Source: a virus
DNA: 39,994 bases
IMG/VR virus record: IMGVR_UViG_3300028549_000379
Span: 1 to 39,994 of that record
Reading direction: 5' to 3' (one strand)
A program made the position numbers and the translations under genes. Under the pieces are notes generated by a model that saw only the letters and a list, made by a program, of their open reading frames with translations, searched no databases and was not told the origin of the DNA. The number at the start of each line of letters is the position of its first letter. The first letter of the stretch is position 1. Positions 10,660-17,583 of the stretch are shown piece after piece.

Positions 10660-12324
10660 ATGTTAAATACAGATGATAACAAATTTTTGTTAGACGGGAA
10701 CGGGATTAAAACCGAATTCGAGTTCGATTTTAAGATCTTCAAAGATACGGATTTAAAAGTATCTAAAATAAATAAAACGACTTTCGCAGAAACGCCGGTA
10801 GTCCTAAATGTTGACTATACTGTACAGATTAGCCGTATTCAAAGCGGCGGTAAAGTAATTTTTATTACCCCGCCTACAGATAACGAAAAGGCCTTCGGTT
10901 ACAGAGATATAGCAATTTTACAACCCGAAGAAATCCCAACAGAGGGGAGTTTTCCGGAAGTTAGCCTAGAAAACGCTCTTGATAGATCGTGCATGATTTC
11001 GCAACAACTTCAAGAACAAGTAAACAGAACTTTAAAAACTCCGTCTTTTTCGAATATAACAAACATAAATATTGAACAACCAATAGACGGTCGCGCTGTA
11101 ACATGGGAGATTGAGGGGGTAACGGCAACATTAAAAAATTCGAATGTTAACCCGGATGACGTAGTAGTCGAGGCTACCGAACAAGTAGCATTAGCGGCGG
11201 CGCAAGTATCGCTAGCAACGGAACAGGCGACTAACGCCGCTTTAAATGCGGAAGCGGCGGCGGCGATATTGGGGCAAGTCCCGACCGCTCAAAACGTTTC
11301 GTCTTTAGTTCGTATCGCCGATGGTTCCCTGGCTAACTTCCCGCTTGATGACGTCAAGGCCCATAGACGCCCTTATTTAGCGGTTACGGGGAAAAGACAA
11401 TTAACAATATACGCGGGAACTTTTATAAAACTTGTAACGGATATCGATACAAGATACTTGGCTCAATTAACTGACGAAATTATCGACGTAGAAAGTATAT
11501 TAGACACAGGCGCTACGCTTACTAATGGGAAAGATTACTACCTCTATTTAGTTTCTAATGGAACGTCCGGAGTAAAGAAAATTCTTTCTCTAAATGCTAC
11601 GTACCCTCTAGGATATACCGCTAATAATTCCCGAAAAATAGGCGGATTCCATACCCTTTGCGTAGGAGTTACAGCGGCTAACGCGCCTAGAGCGGGACAC
11701 CCCGCGATTGGTTACTTGGCCGGGGACATAATTCCCAATACAATATGGGCGTTGAACTTTAAAGCGGCAAGTGGTAACGAGGGAAAAGCGTATGTAGCGC
11801 CTCGTAGAGAATGGCAATACATTTATAATGTGAGCGGTACCGGTGCTAATACGAAGTCGGCTTACGGCGCGACTAGAAGTCATACGAGAAACTATCACAA
11901 ATTTGTTGAAGATCTATTTAGTGTAAATGATATGATGATAACCCAAGACGGTTTTTCCTGTGGTATGGAAGGCTCGAACTATTTAACGGCGGTCGCCGGT
12001 GCGGTTCAACCTAACCCGGATACTACTGGCGGGCGTTTAGATACAGCCGGTAAACGTATGATCTCTAACTATTTCTTAGAAGAAGGTTGCGGGCTACAAG
12101 TGCAATTCGCCGAGGGGCTTATAGGCGGTGGCGGCAGTGCGTGGAGCGCCCCGGATACCGACGGAAAAGGTCAACAGTATGGGACTTCTTATGTTGTGGT
12201 CTTGGGCGGTTATTGGGGTGATGGTGGGTACGCCGGTCCTCGTTTTCGTGATTTCGCCGATTCCGCGTCTACGGCCAGCGCTGGCCTCGGCGGTCGCGGG
12301 CGGAGCTGTCATATAGAGTATTAA
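10660..12324 (+). CDS. Tail fibre / receptor-binding protein; DGR target gene with C-terminal variable region
   Basis: aaggagg SD. 554 aa, in the T7 gp17 position with matching size. The C-terminus (...VVVLGGYWGDGGYAGPRFRDFADSASTASAGLGGRGRSCHIEY) is encoded by the VR that matches the downstream TR. The GGxW...R...GxRG pattern is typical of C-type-lectin-fold DGR variable proteins. Confidence 0.85.
   Translation: MLNTDDNKFLLDGNGIKTEFEFDFKIFKDTDLKVSKINKTTFAETPVVLNVDYTVQISRIQSGGKVIFITPPTDNEKAFGYRDIAILQPEEIPTEGSFPEVSLENALDRSCMISQQLQEQVNRTLKTPSFSNITNINIEQPIDGRAVTWEIEGVTATLKNSNVNPDDVVVEATEQVALAAAQVSLATEQATNAALNAEAAAAILGQVPTAQNVSSLVRIADGSLANFPLDDVKAHRRPYLAVTGKRQLTIYAGTFIKLVTDIDTRYLAQLTDEIIDVESILDTGATLTNGKDYYLYLVSNGTSGVKKILSLNATYPLGYTANNSRKIGGFHTLCVGVTAANAPRAGHPAIGYLAGDIIPNTIWALNFKAASGNEGKAYVAPRREWQYIYNVSGTGANTKSAYGATRSHTRNYHKFVEDLFSVNDMMITQDGFSCGMEGSNYLTAVAGAVQPNPDTTGGRLDTAGKRMISNYFLEEGCGLQVQFAEGLIGGGGSAWSAPDTDGKGQQYGTSYVVVLGGYWGDGGYAGPRFRDFADSASTASAGLGGRGRSCHIEY
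12189..12310 (+). repeat. DGR variable region (VR)
   Basis: Ungapped 122-nt alignment to 12356-12477. All ~20 differences fall where the TR has A. The VR ends 14 nt before the target stop codon. Confidence 0.9.
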
Positions 12325-12355
12325 GGAGAAAACAGGTAATGAGTTTCTTCGTCCG

Positions 12356-12477
12356 TTATGTTGTGATCTTGGGCGGTAATTGGAGTAATGGTGGATACAC
12401 CGGTCCTCGTTATCGTAATTTCAACAATTCCGCGTCAACGGCCAACGCTAACATCGGCAGTCGCGGGCAGAGATGTA
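12356..12477 (+). repeat. DGR template repeat (TR)
   Basis: This is the A-rich copy of the VR, with many AAT/AAC codons in the VR reading frame. It lies 45 nt after the VR and 142 nt before the reverse transcriptase start. Confidence 0.9.
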
Positions 12478-12619
12478 TAGGGGTTCGCCCTTTGACAGCT
12501 GAACTCATTACCTTGTCGCTAGCCGGCAGAACACTCAACACGCGTCTAAGACTTGTCCTAGAAGCTACAATCAGCCCTTTGTTAGTAGGGTATACATCGA
12601 AAATAAGGGGCTTTTTATT

Positions 12620-13942
12620 ATGAAACGATACGGGAAACTTTGGGAAAAAATAATAGATCCGGAGAATATAAAACTAGCTTATCAAAAGGCTAGAAAATGT
12701 AGAAGTAAATTCGAAAGTGTAAAAAAGTTTGAAGCTAACGAGGCGGAAAATTTAGAATTAATCCGAAAGCTTTTAGTTGAAAAAACTTTCAAAACTTCTA
12801 AGTACACGACTAAAACGATTTACGAACCAAAGAAAAGAACAATTTATATACTCCCGTTCTCTCCGGATCGAATTGTACAACACTCTCTAACAAATATAAT
12901 AACGCCCATCATAGACAGTTTATTCATCGAAAATAGCTTTGCTTGTAGGAAGGGCAAAGGTCAACACTCTGGGAGTACAAAAACGAAAGAATTTGTTAAG
13001 CATAATAAATACTGTTTTAAAGGTGATATATCAAAGTTCTACCCGTCAATAAATCACGATATTTTAATGGGTTTAATCGAACATAAAATTAAGTGCAAAG
13101 ACACGCTATGGCTACTTAGAGACATTGTGTATTCGTTCCCTGGCGAAACTAATACGCCTATCGGAAATTTAACCTCTCAATGGTTCGGCAATTTGTACAT
13201 GCACGAATTAGATATGTACGTTAAACACGAATTGAAGATTAAGAATTATATTAGATATTGCGATGATTTTTGTTTATTTCACGATGACAAAAAAGTATTA
13301 AAAGACGCGGCCGAAAAAATAGAAGAATTTTTAAAAACTAAATTACAATTAAAATTAAGTCAAAGCGATCTTTTTCCAACGTCCCGAGGCGTGGACTTTT
13401 TAGGCTATAGGCACTTCCCGGAGTACACTTTATTAAGAAAAAGTACAGCCAAAAGAGTTAAACGCCGCCTAAAGGTCCTACCGCACCGGCTAGAGACAGA
13501 ACAGATAAATATAGTAACTTATACCTCGACGCTCGCTAGCGCCTTTGGGTGGCTCAACTGGGCGGACACTTATAACCTTATGAAGAAAATAAACTTAATT
13601 AGTATGTTAGACGACGCAAAAGTCAAATTAAAGGAGGACATTATCATGCGCGATTTTCCAAAACACCTAAACACAAAACAGGACTATTTAAATCTATTGA
13701 AAGATTTTCCGGAGCAAACTAAAAAGGCTCTACAAAATCTTTTAGAAAGTAGGTTCGAATGGTTCGTAGTTAGAAAACTGGACGAGGGCGAAGTTATCGC
13801 CGATTCAGAAACTTTAAAAATTGTTGAGAGTAAAGAAGGCGAAGAAACTAAAAAATATCTTTATGAATATAAAGAAGATTCTAACGCTAACTTATTTAGA
13901 TTAGGATTTACAATCGATGAAGTAAAAACATTAGTAGCGTAA
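12620..13942 (+). CDS. DGR reverse transcriptase (core about 342 aa plus an in-frame extension of about 98 aa)
   Basis: Carries the YCDD catalytic box (IRYCDDFCLFHDD) and the DGR-RT signature IGNLTSQWFGNLYM ([ILV]GxxxSQ). It sits immediately downstream of the TR. Confidence 0.92.
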   Translation: MKRYGKLWEKIIDPENIKLAYQKARKCRSKFESVKKFEANEAENLELIRKLLVEKTFKTSKYTTKTIYEPKKRTIYILPFSPDRIVQHSLTNIITPIIDSLFIENSFACRKGKGQHSGSTKTKEFVKHNKYCFKGDISKFYPSINHDILMGLIEHKIKCKDTLWLLRDIVYSFPGETNTPIGNLTSQWFGNLYMHELDMYVKHELKIKNYIRYCDDFCLFHDDKKVLKDAAEKIEEFLKTKLQLKLSQSDLFPTSRGVDFLGYRHFPEYTLLRKSTAKRVKRRLKVLPHRLETEQINIVTYTSTLASAFGWLNWADTYNLMKKINLISMLDDAKVKLKEDIIMRDFPKHLNTKQDYLNLLKDFPEQTKKALQNLLESRFEWFVVRKLDEGEVIADSETLKIVESKEGEETKKYLYEYKEDSNANLFRLGFTIDEVKTLVA

Positions 13943-13954
13943 CCCTTTACGTTT

Positions 13955-13974
13955 AGGGGGTTAATTAACCCCCT
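13955..13974. terminator. Perfect 20-bp palindrome between convergent genes (bidirectional terminator candidate)
   Basis: AGGGGGTTAATTAACCCCCT followed by attttctttt. It lies between the RT stop (13942) and overlaps the stop of the - strand gene at 13973. Confidence 0.6.
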
Positions 13975-14641
13975 ATTTTCTTTTCATTATCGGTTTTTGA
14001 ACGATAGTAACCGGTACTTTTTTCTCTATAACTATTTGTTTTTCAATTATAGTAGGGTTTGCGAGTTTATAAATTAGAAATCCTAGAGAGATAATAAATA
14101 GCATGGTAATTACCGTAATTATCCCGATAAAAACCTTCATTTTCTTTGGAGTATCTTTTTTTAATATTTCATTTTCGTTTTGTATGTTTTCGTGTCTTAT
14201 CTGTAGCGTTTGAAGTTCCGCATTAACCTTGAAATACTCTTCTTTCAAGTTGTATTCGCTGTCTGTAAGCATTTTTGTTTGATACTGGCTAGTTTGAATT
14301 ACCATATTTAACGTATCTATTGCTTTTGATAGGGCTTCTATTTCTACATTATTGTTTTGGTTACCCGGTTCTTGATAGGTTCGTGAAGTATTTTTACTTT
14401 CATTATCGGTTAATATATCTTCATAATGAAGGTCATTAACTGGTAATTTACCGTACATTTTTTGATATTCTTTTATTTGCACGTCGTTAGTGACTATTAC
14501 GGTTACTTCACGACCGTTAATTACTTCAATGTCGGTTATTAACTCTTTTTTTTCGGGGTCCGAGATTTTTCCGTAAATTGCTTTTGCGCTACACCCGACA
14601 AGTTTAGAAAATTCGCCGATTTTTAATCTTTTTTCACTCAT
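13973..14641 (-). CDS. HTH (MerR-like) DNA-binding protein with coiled-coil and C-terminal transmembrane anchor
   Basis: The N-terminus LKIGEFSKLVGCSAKAIYGKI resembles a MerR-type HTH. The central part is a charged heptad-like region. The C-terminus VFIGIITVITMLFIISLGFLIYKL is a predicted TM helix. ggagg SD upstream. Confidence 0.6.
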   Translation of the reverse strand: MSEKRLKIGEFSKLVGCSAKAIYGKISDPEKKELITDIEVINGREVTVIVTNDVQIKEYQKMYGKLPVNDLHYEDILTDNESKNTSRTYQEPGNQNNNVEIEALSKAIDTLNMVIQTSQYQTKMLTDSEYNLKEEYFKVNAELQTLQIRHENIQNENEILKKDTPKKMKVFIGIITVITMLFIISLGFLIYKLANPTIIEKQIVIEKKVPVTIVQKPIMKRK

Positions 14642-14707
14642 ATAATTACCTCCGCTAAAGTTATATAATTACGGTTAATAACCCATAAAATAGGTTATTT
14701 AACGTTC

Positions 14708-14737
14708 TTGACATCAGTATAACATGTTTGGTATGAT
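14708..14737 (+). promoter_or_regulatory. Sigma70-type promoter for the rightward operon
   Basis: TTGACA (14708-14713), 18-nt spacer, TATGAT (14732-14737), with TG two bases upstream of the -10 (extended -10 like). Confidence 0.6.
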
Positions 14738-14769
14738 AGGCATGCTTTTATGAACGTTTGTAAACGGAA

Positions 14770-14781
14770 GTGAACACAAAA
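14770..14781 (+). promoter_or_regulatory. Variant copy of the conserved 13-mer (GTGAACACAAAA)
   Basis: Matches 11 nt of the GTCGAACACAAAA core with one base missing. It lies 32 nt downstream of the -10 at 14732 and upstream of CDS 14907. Confidence 0.5.
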
Positions 14782-14906
14782 TTAAATAAAAAATAAAAAA
14801 GACCCTGGAAAATTCCAAAGTCCAATTTAATCTCGCAAATTAATTGTACCATAAAATTTTCCCTCGGTCAATACTTGGAATGAGAAAAAAGAGGAGAATT
14901 GAAAAA

Positions 14907-15440
14907 ATGGTAGCAAATTACGCAGTAAAAACACTTTCTGAACAGCCTGTTCATGACGTATCATGTCTTGAAAAGATTGATTTATCTTCATGTCATGTAT
15001 CATGTCATGATTCATGTAATGAAGGTATAACTACCTTATCATGTCATGATCATGTCATGTATGACGTGAAGAAAAAACTTCCTATGTCGGATTACAATTA
15101 TTTAGTTAATCAGTTAGAAGCGTGGAGAGTTTTCGCACCTAGAGCCGTTATTAAAAGATATGGGGCTTTAAATGCTTGGGAGGCTATGAACAGGACAAAA
15201 GATTTTAAGGCTAGAATTCCCGGCGCTTACTTTACAAAAGTTATTAGAAGCTTAACCGGAATGAACGGCAAGTTACAAGCGGCTAAAAAAGCGGAACAAG
15301 AATCCGTCTCTTTAATCGACGCATTTAAGGATTATAAAAACGCTATGAAGTATCTAAATTCAATAACCGGGAAAGATTTGGAAGATCCTCAAACCGCTAT
15401 GAATGTTAATAACTTAAAAATTAAATTTAATTTTGCCTAA
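14907..15440 (+). CDS. Hypothetical protein with N-terminal Ser-Cys-His repeats
   Basis: ORF track 14844..15440. The in-frame ATG at 14907 is preceded by aagaggag. The N-terminal SSCHVSCHDSC...LSCHDH segment is encoded by tandem TCATGTCATG repeats. Confidence 0.6.
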   Translation: MVANYAVKTLSEQPVHDVSCLEKIDLSSCHVSCHDSCNEGITTLSCHDHVMYDVKKKLPMSDYNYLVNQLEAWRVFAPRAVIKRYGALNAWEAMNRTKDFKARIPGAYFTKVIRSLTGMNGKLQAAKKAEQESVSLIDAFKDYKNAMKYLNSITGKDLEDPQTAMNVNNLKIKFNFA

Positions 15441-15535
15441 ATAAATTGTAAAAATATTACCCCTTATGGGTTCTGAAATAAGGTCCGCTATTGTATAATG
15501 ATAATGTCGAATACAAAAACGGATCTTATTTTATT

Positions 15536-15775
15536 ATGTTTGATTTTAAAAATTTAAAGCAATATGCGCTTATTATACTGGTGGTTTTCGTCTTTTTATT
15601 ACAGCAAAAACTAATAGTAACGCCGGTGGAACTCGAGCAAAAGCATAGGGAAATTCTCGAGGACGTCGACTCTAAATACGCGACAATCAATCAAGTCAAA
15701 GACGTAAAAACCGACGTCCAAGATATGAAAGATAAAATAGATAAGATCTACGATAAGGTTATTGGAATGAGATAG
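15536..15775 (+). CDS. Holin-like small membrane protein (one TM plus charged helical tail)
   Basis: ORF track 15491..15775 begins at a TTG; the first in-frame ATG is at 15536. TM segment YALIILVVFVFLL. It lies immediately upstream of the endolysin gene. Confidence 0.5.
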   Translation: MFDFKNLKQYALIILVVFVFLLQQKLIVTPVELEQKHREILEDVDSKYATINQVKDVKTDVQDMKDKIDKIYDKVIGMR

Positions 15776-15786
15776 GAGGGGTTGGC

Positions 15787-16320
15787 GTGATTAAGACTCC
15801 CGAACAGATTTTAAAAGAGAAGAAAATAAGCGGCGCAATAAACGCTGATTTTAACTGGGTTGAATTTATAAAACCGGCTGACGGGATCCCGTCATTAGAA
15901 ATTTTACGCAATATAAAAAAAATGGCTGATACCCTTAGTGTTTATAAACACAAGGTTTTTGGCGGTGCCGCGATAACAATTACTAGCGGCGTCCGTAGTT
16001 GGGAACACCATTTAGCGATATACGCCGAGTTAAACGCCCAAAGAGCAAAGGCTAAGCCGAAATTAAAACCTTTGGCAATCCCTAAATTGTCTTGGCATTT
16101 AAAGGGATTGGCGGCGGATTTTACCGTTAAGGGCTTTACTAACAAACAAGTATACGAAAAAATGGATATTCTCCATTTTGGCGGAGTCGAGTTCCCGGAC
16201 GATCAGAATAGAATACATATCGATTTACGTCCGGAAATATGTCGTTTTATTGGTGCTACAGGGCGTGTAGTCGCACATCACTATAATTATTTTCAACACA
16301 ATAAAATTTTTCACGGTTAA
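15787..16320 (+). CDS. Endolysin, peptidase M15 (zinc D-Ala-D-Ala carboxypeptidase-like) family
   Basis: GTG start after an aggagggg SD. Motifs SGVRSWEHH, SWHLKGLAADF (HxxGxAxD) and RIHIDLR match the M15 zinc-ligand pattern. Confidence 0.8.
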   Translation: MIKTPEQILKEKKISGAINADFNWVEFIKPADGIPSLEILRNIKKMADTLSVYKHKVFGGAAITITSGVRSWEHHLAIYAELNAQRAKAKPKLKPLAIPKLSWHLKGLAADFTVKGFTNKQVYEKMDILHFGGVEFPDDQNRIHIDLRPEICRFIGATGRVVAHHYNYFQHNKIFHG

Positions 16321-16339
16321 GAATAGAAGGAGATACATC

Positions 16340-16621
16340 ATGACAGCAGAAGTAAAAGAGGTAGCGGTACAACTAGCAAACGTAGTTATGGCTAATGTCG
16401 CTAACGAGGATTTAACAAACGAAGAAAAAGAACACAAAGTAATTGAATTTTTAGTTACTTTGGATGACGGGTTCCCTGGGGTTGGATTTATCCCTAATTC
16501 ATTAGAAGCCGCGATTGTCGAAGTGGGCGTAGATAAAGTTCAAGCGTATTTCGCTAAATTGGATATGAAATCCTTTATAAAAAAATATTGGACGAGACTT
16601 AAACACCTTTTCAAAAAATAG
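16340..16621 (+). CDS. Hypothetical acidic protein
   Basis: 93-aa ORF with an aaggag SD. Last gene of the short + strand lysis operon. Confidence 0.6.
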   Translation: MTAEVKEVAVQLANVVMANVANEDLTNEEKEHKVIEFLVTLDDGFPGVGFIPNSLEAAIVEVGVDKVQAYFAKLDMKSFIKKYWTRLKHLFKK

Positions 16622-16643
16622 ATCCTAACAACATATAATAAAA

Positions 16644-16669
16644 AAGCGGCCCGTTATCGAGCCGCTTTT
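16644..16669. terminator. Bidirectional terminator between convergent operons
   Basis: aaaaAAGCGGC-ccgttatcga-GCCGCTTttc, with A-tract and T-tract flanks. It overlaps the stop of the - strand resolvase gene. Confidence 0.65.
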
Positions 16670-17133
16670 CTTTGTTCTATCAATACTTTTCTACCATACT
16701 CCGCAATAAGAAGGGCGTCGCACGTTCCCAATGTGGGATTTAAGCTAGGGAATAGCCTTTGTGCGTGTCCTTTTAACTCTTTTTTCTTTTGCTTATATTC
16801 AAGCCCCCGGACGCGGAGTTTTAATCCGTTTTGCCATTTTAGCGGTATTACTGTTTCATACGGGATATTTAACCCGGTTAATAACCCTAGCCAAAACCCG
16901 TAGTTTTTTCCGAAAGAAAACGCTTGGACTTTTCCGTCTCGTGGCATAGCGTGAACTTCTTCGATAAAGGCCGTTAGAGAAACGCCCAGGAACTCCGTAT
17001 AATAATTCAAAATATTTTTTAAATCGTGCGGAGTATATTTCTCGAAGCCATAAGCTACCCTGTCTCTACCGTCAAGACTAACAATAGAAACTGCGCCGTG
17101 TCCTCCCGGATCAATCCCGACTACGAATAACAT
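16654..17133 (-). CDS. RuvC-like Holliday junction resolvase
   Basis: N-terminal VVGIDPGGHGA, plus IEEVHAM and CDALLIAEY acidic residues in the RuvC arrangement. 159 aa. Confidence 0.8.
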   Translation of the reverse strand: MLFVVGIDPGGHGAVSIVSLDGRDRVAYGFEKYTPHDLKNILNYYTEFLGVSLTAFIEEVHAMPRDGKVQAFSFGKNYGFWLGLLTGLNIPYETVIPLKWQNGLKLRVRGLEYKQKKKELKGHAQRLFPSLNPTLGTCDALLIAEYGRKVLIEQRKAAR

Positions 17134-17552
17134 TTTACAGACCTAATAGCGAAGCGTCTAGACCCCCCAACAAGTTTTAAATGGTTAGGGCGGTTAATTC
17201 CTACTAAAAAAACTTTACTAGGCTTCTCGGGGTCGCTAGACCTCTCAACGTCATTTTGTTCTATCGCGCTTAAAAACCTTTCAAGACTTTTTTTGTTTTT
17301 TTCGTTGTGCAATGGCGTATAGCTTTTGTCAAAGACCATTTTAGTTATTTCATCCGGACTAAGATAAAACGCGCAATTTAGATTTTTTCGCGAATTATAT
17401 AAATGCAGATACAAGCCGTTTGGATAATCCTCTACCCCTTGCATTTTTATATAGTTTGCTATGTAATCCGCAAACGGATACACTATTTTTATAACGGATT
17501 TAACTCTATCCAAAAAGGTAATATCTACCTTATTTCTTACTGTTGTAATCAT
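17121..17552 (-). CDS. Hypothetical protein
   Basis: ORF track 17121..17723. The in-frame ATG at 17552 (M58) has a taggag SD, lies after the polymerase stop (17584), and follows the 13-mer at 17567-17579. Confidence 0.6.
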   Translation of the reverse strand: MITTVRNKVDITFLDRVKSVIKIVYPFADYIANYIKMQGVEDYPNGLYLHLYNSRKNLNCAFYLSPDEITKMVFDKSYTPLHNEKNKKSLERFLSAIEQNDVERSSDPEKPSKVFLVGINRPNHLKLVGGSRRFAIRSVKCYS

Positions 17553-17566
17553 AATATTTACTCCTA

Positions 17567-17579
17567 TTTTGTGTTCGAC
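17567..17579 (-). promoter_or_regulatory. Conserved 13-mer GTCGAACACAAAA (exact)
   Basis: Sense on the - strand. It sits between the polymerase stop and the SD/ATG of the next gene, and TAAAAT lies immediately upstream. Confidence 0.6.
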
Positions 17580-17583
17580 AATT

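Noticed and set aside
12339-12623. 94-aa ORF spanning the TR and spacer, with an AAGGAG SD and an ATGA overlap with the RT start
   Set aside because: Its first half is simply the TR copy of the tail-fibre C-terminus read in the same frame. The rest is the spacer that in characterised DGRs acts as structured RNA. The product does not look like a helical basic Avd. It is kept only as a caveat inside the DGR accessory finding.
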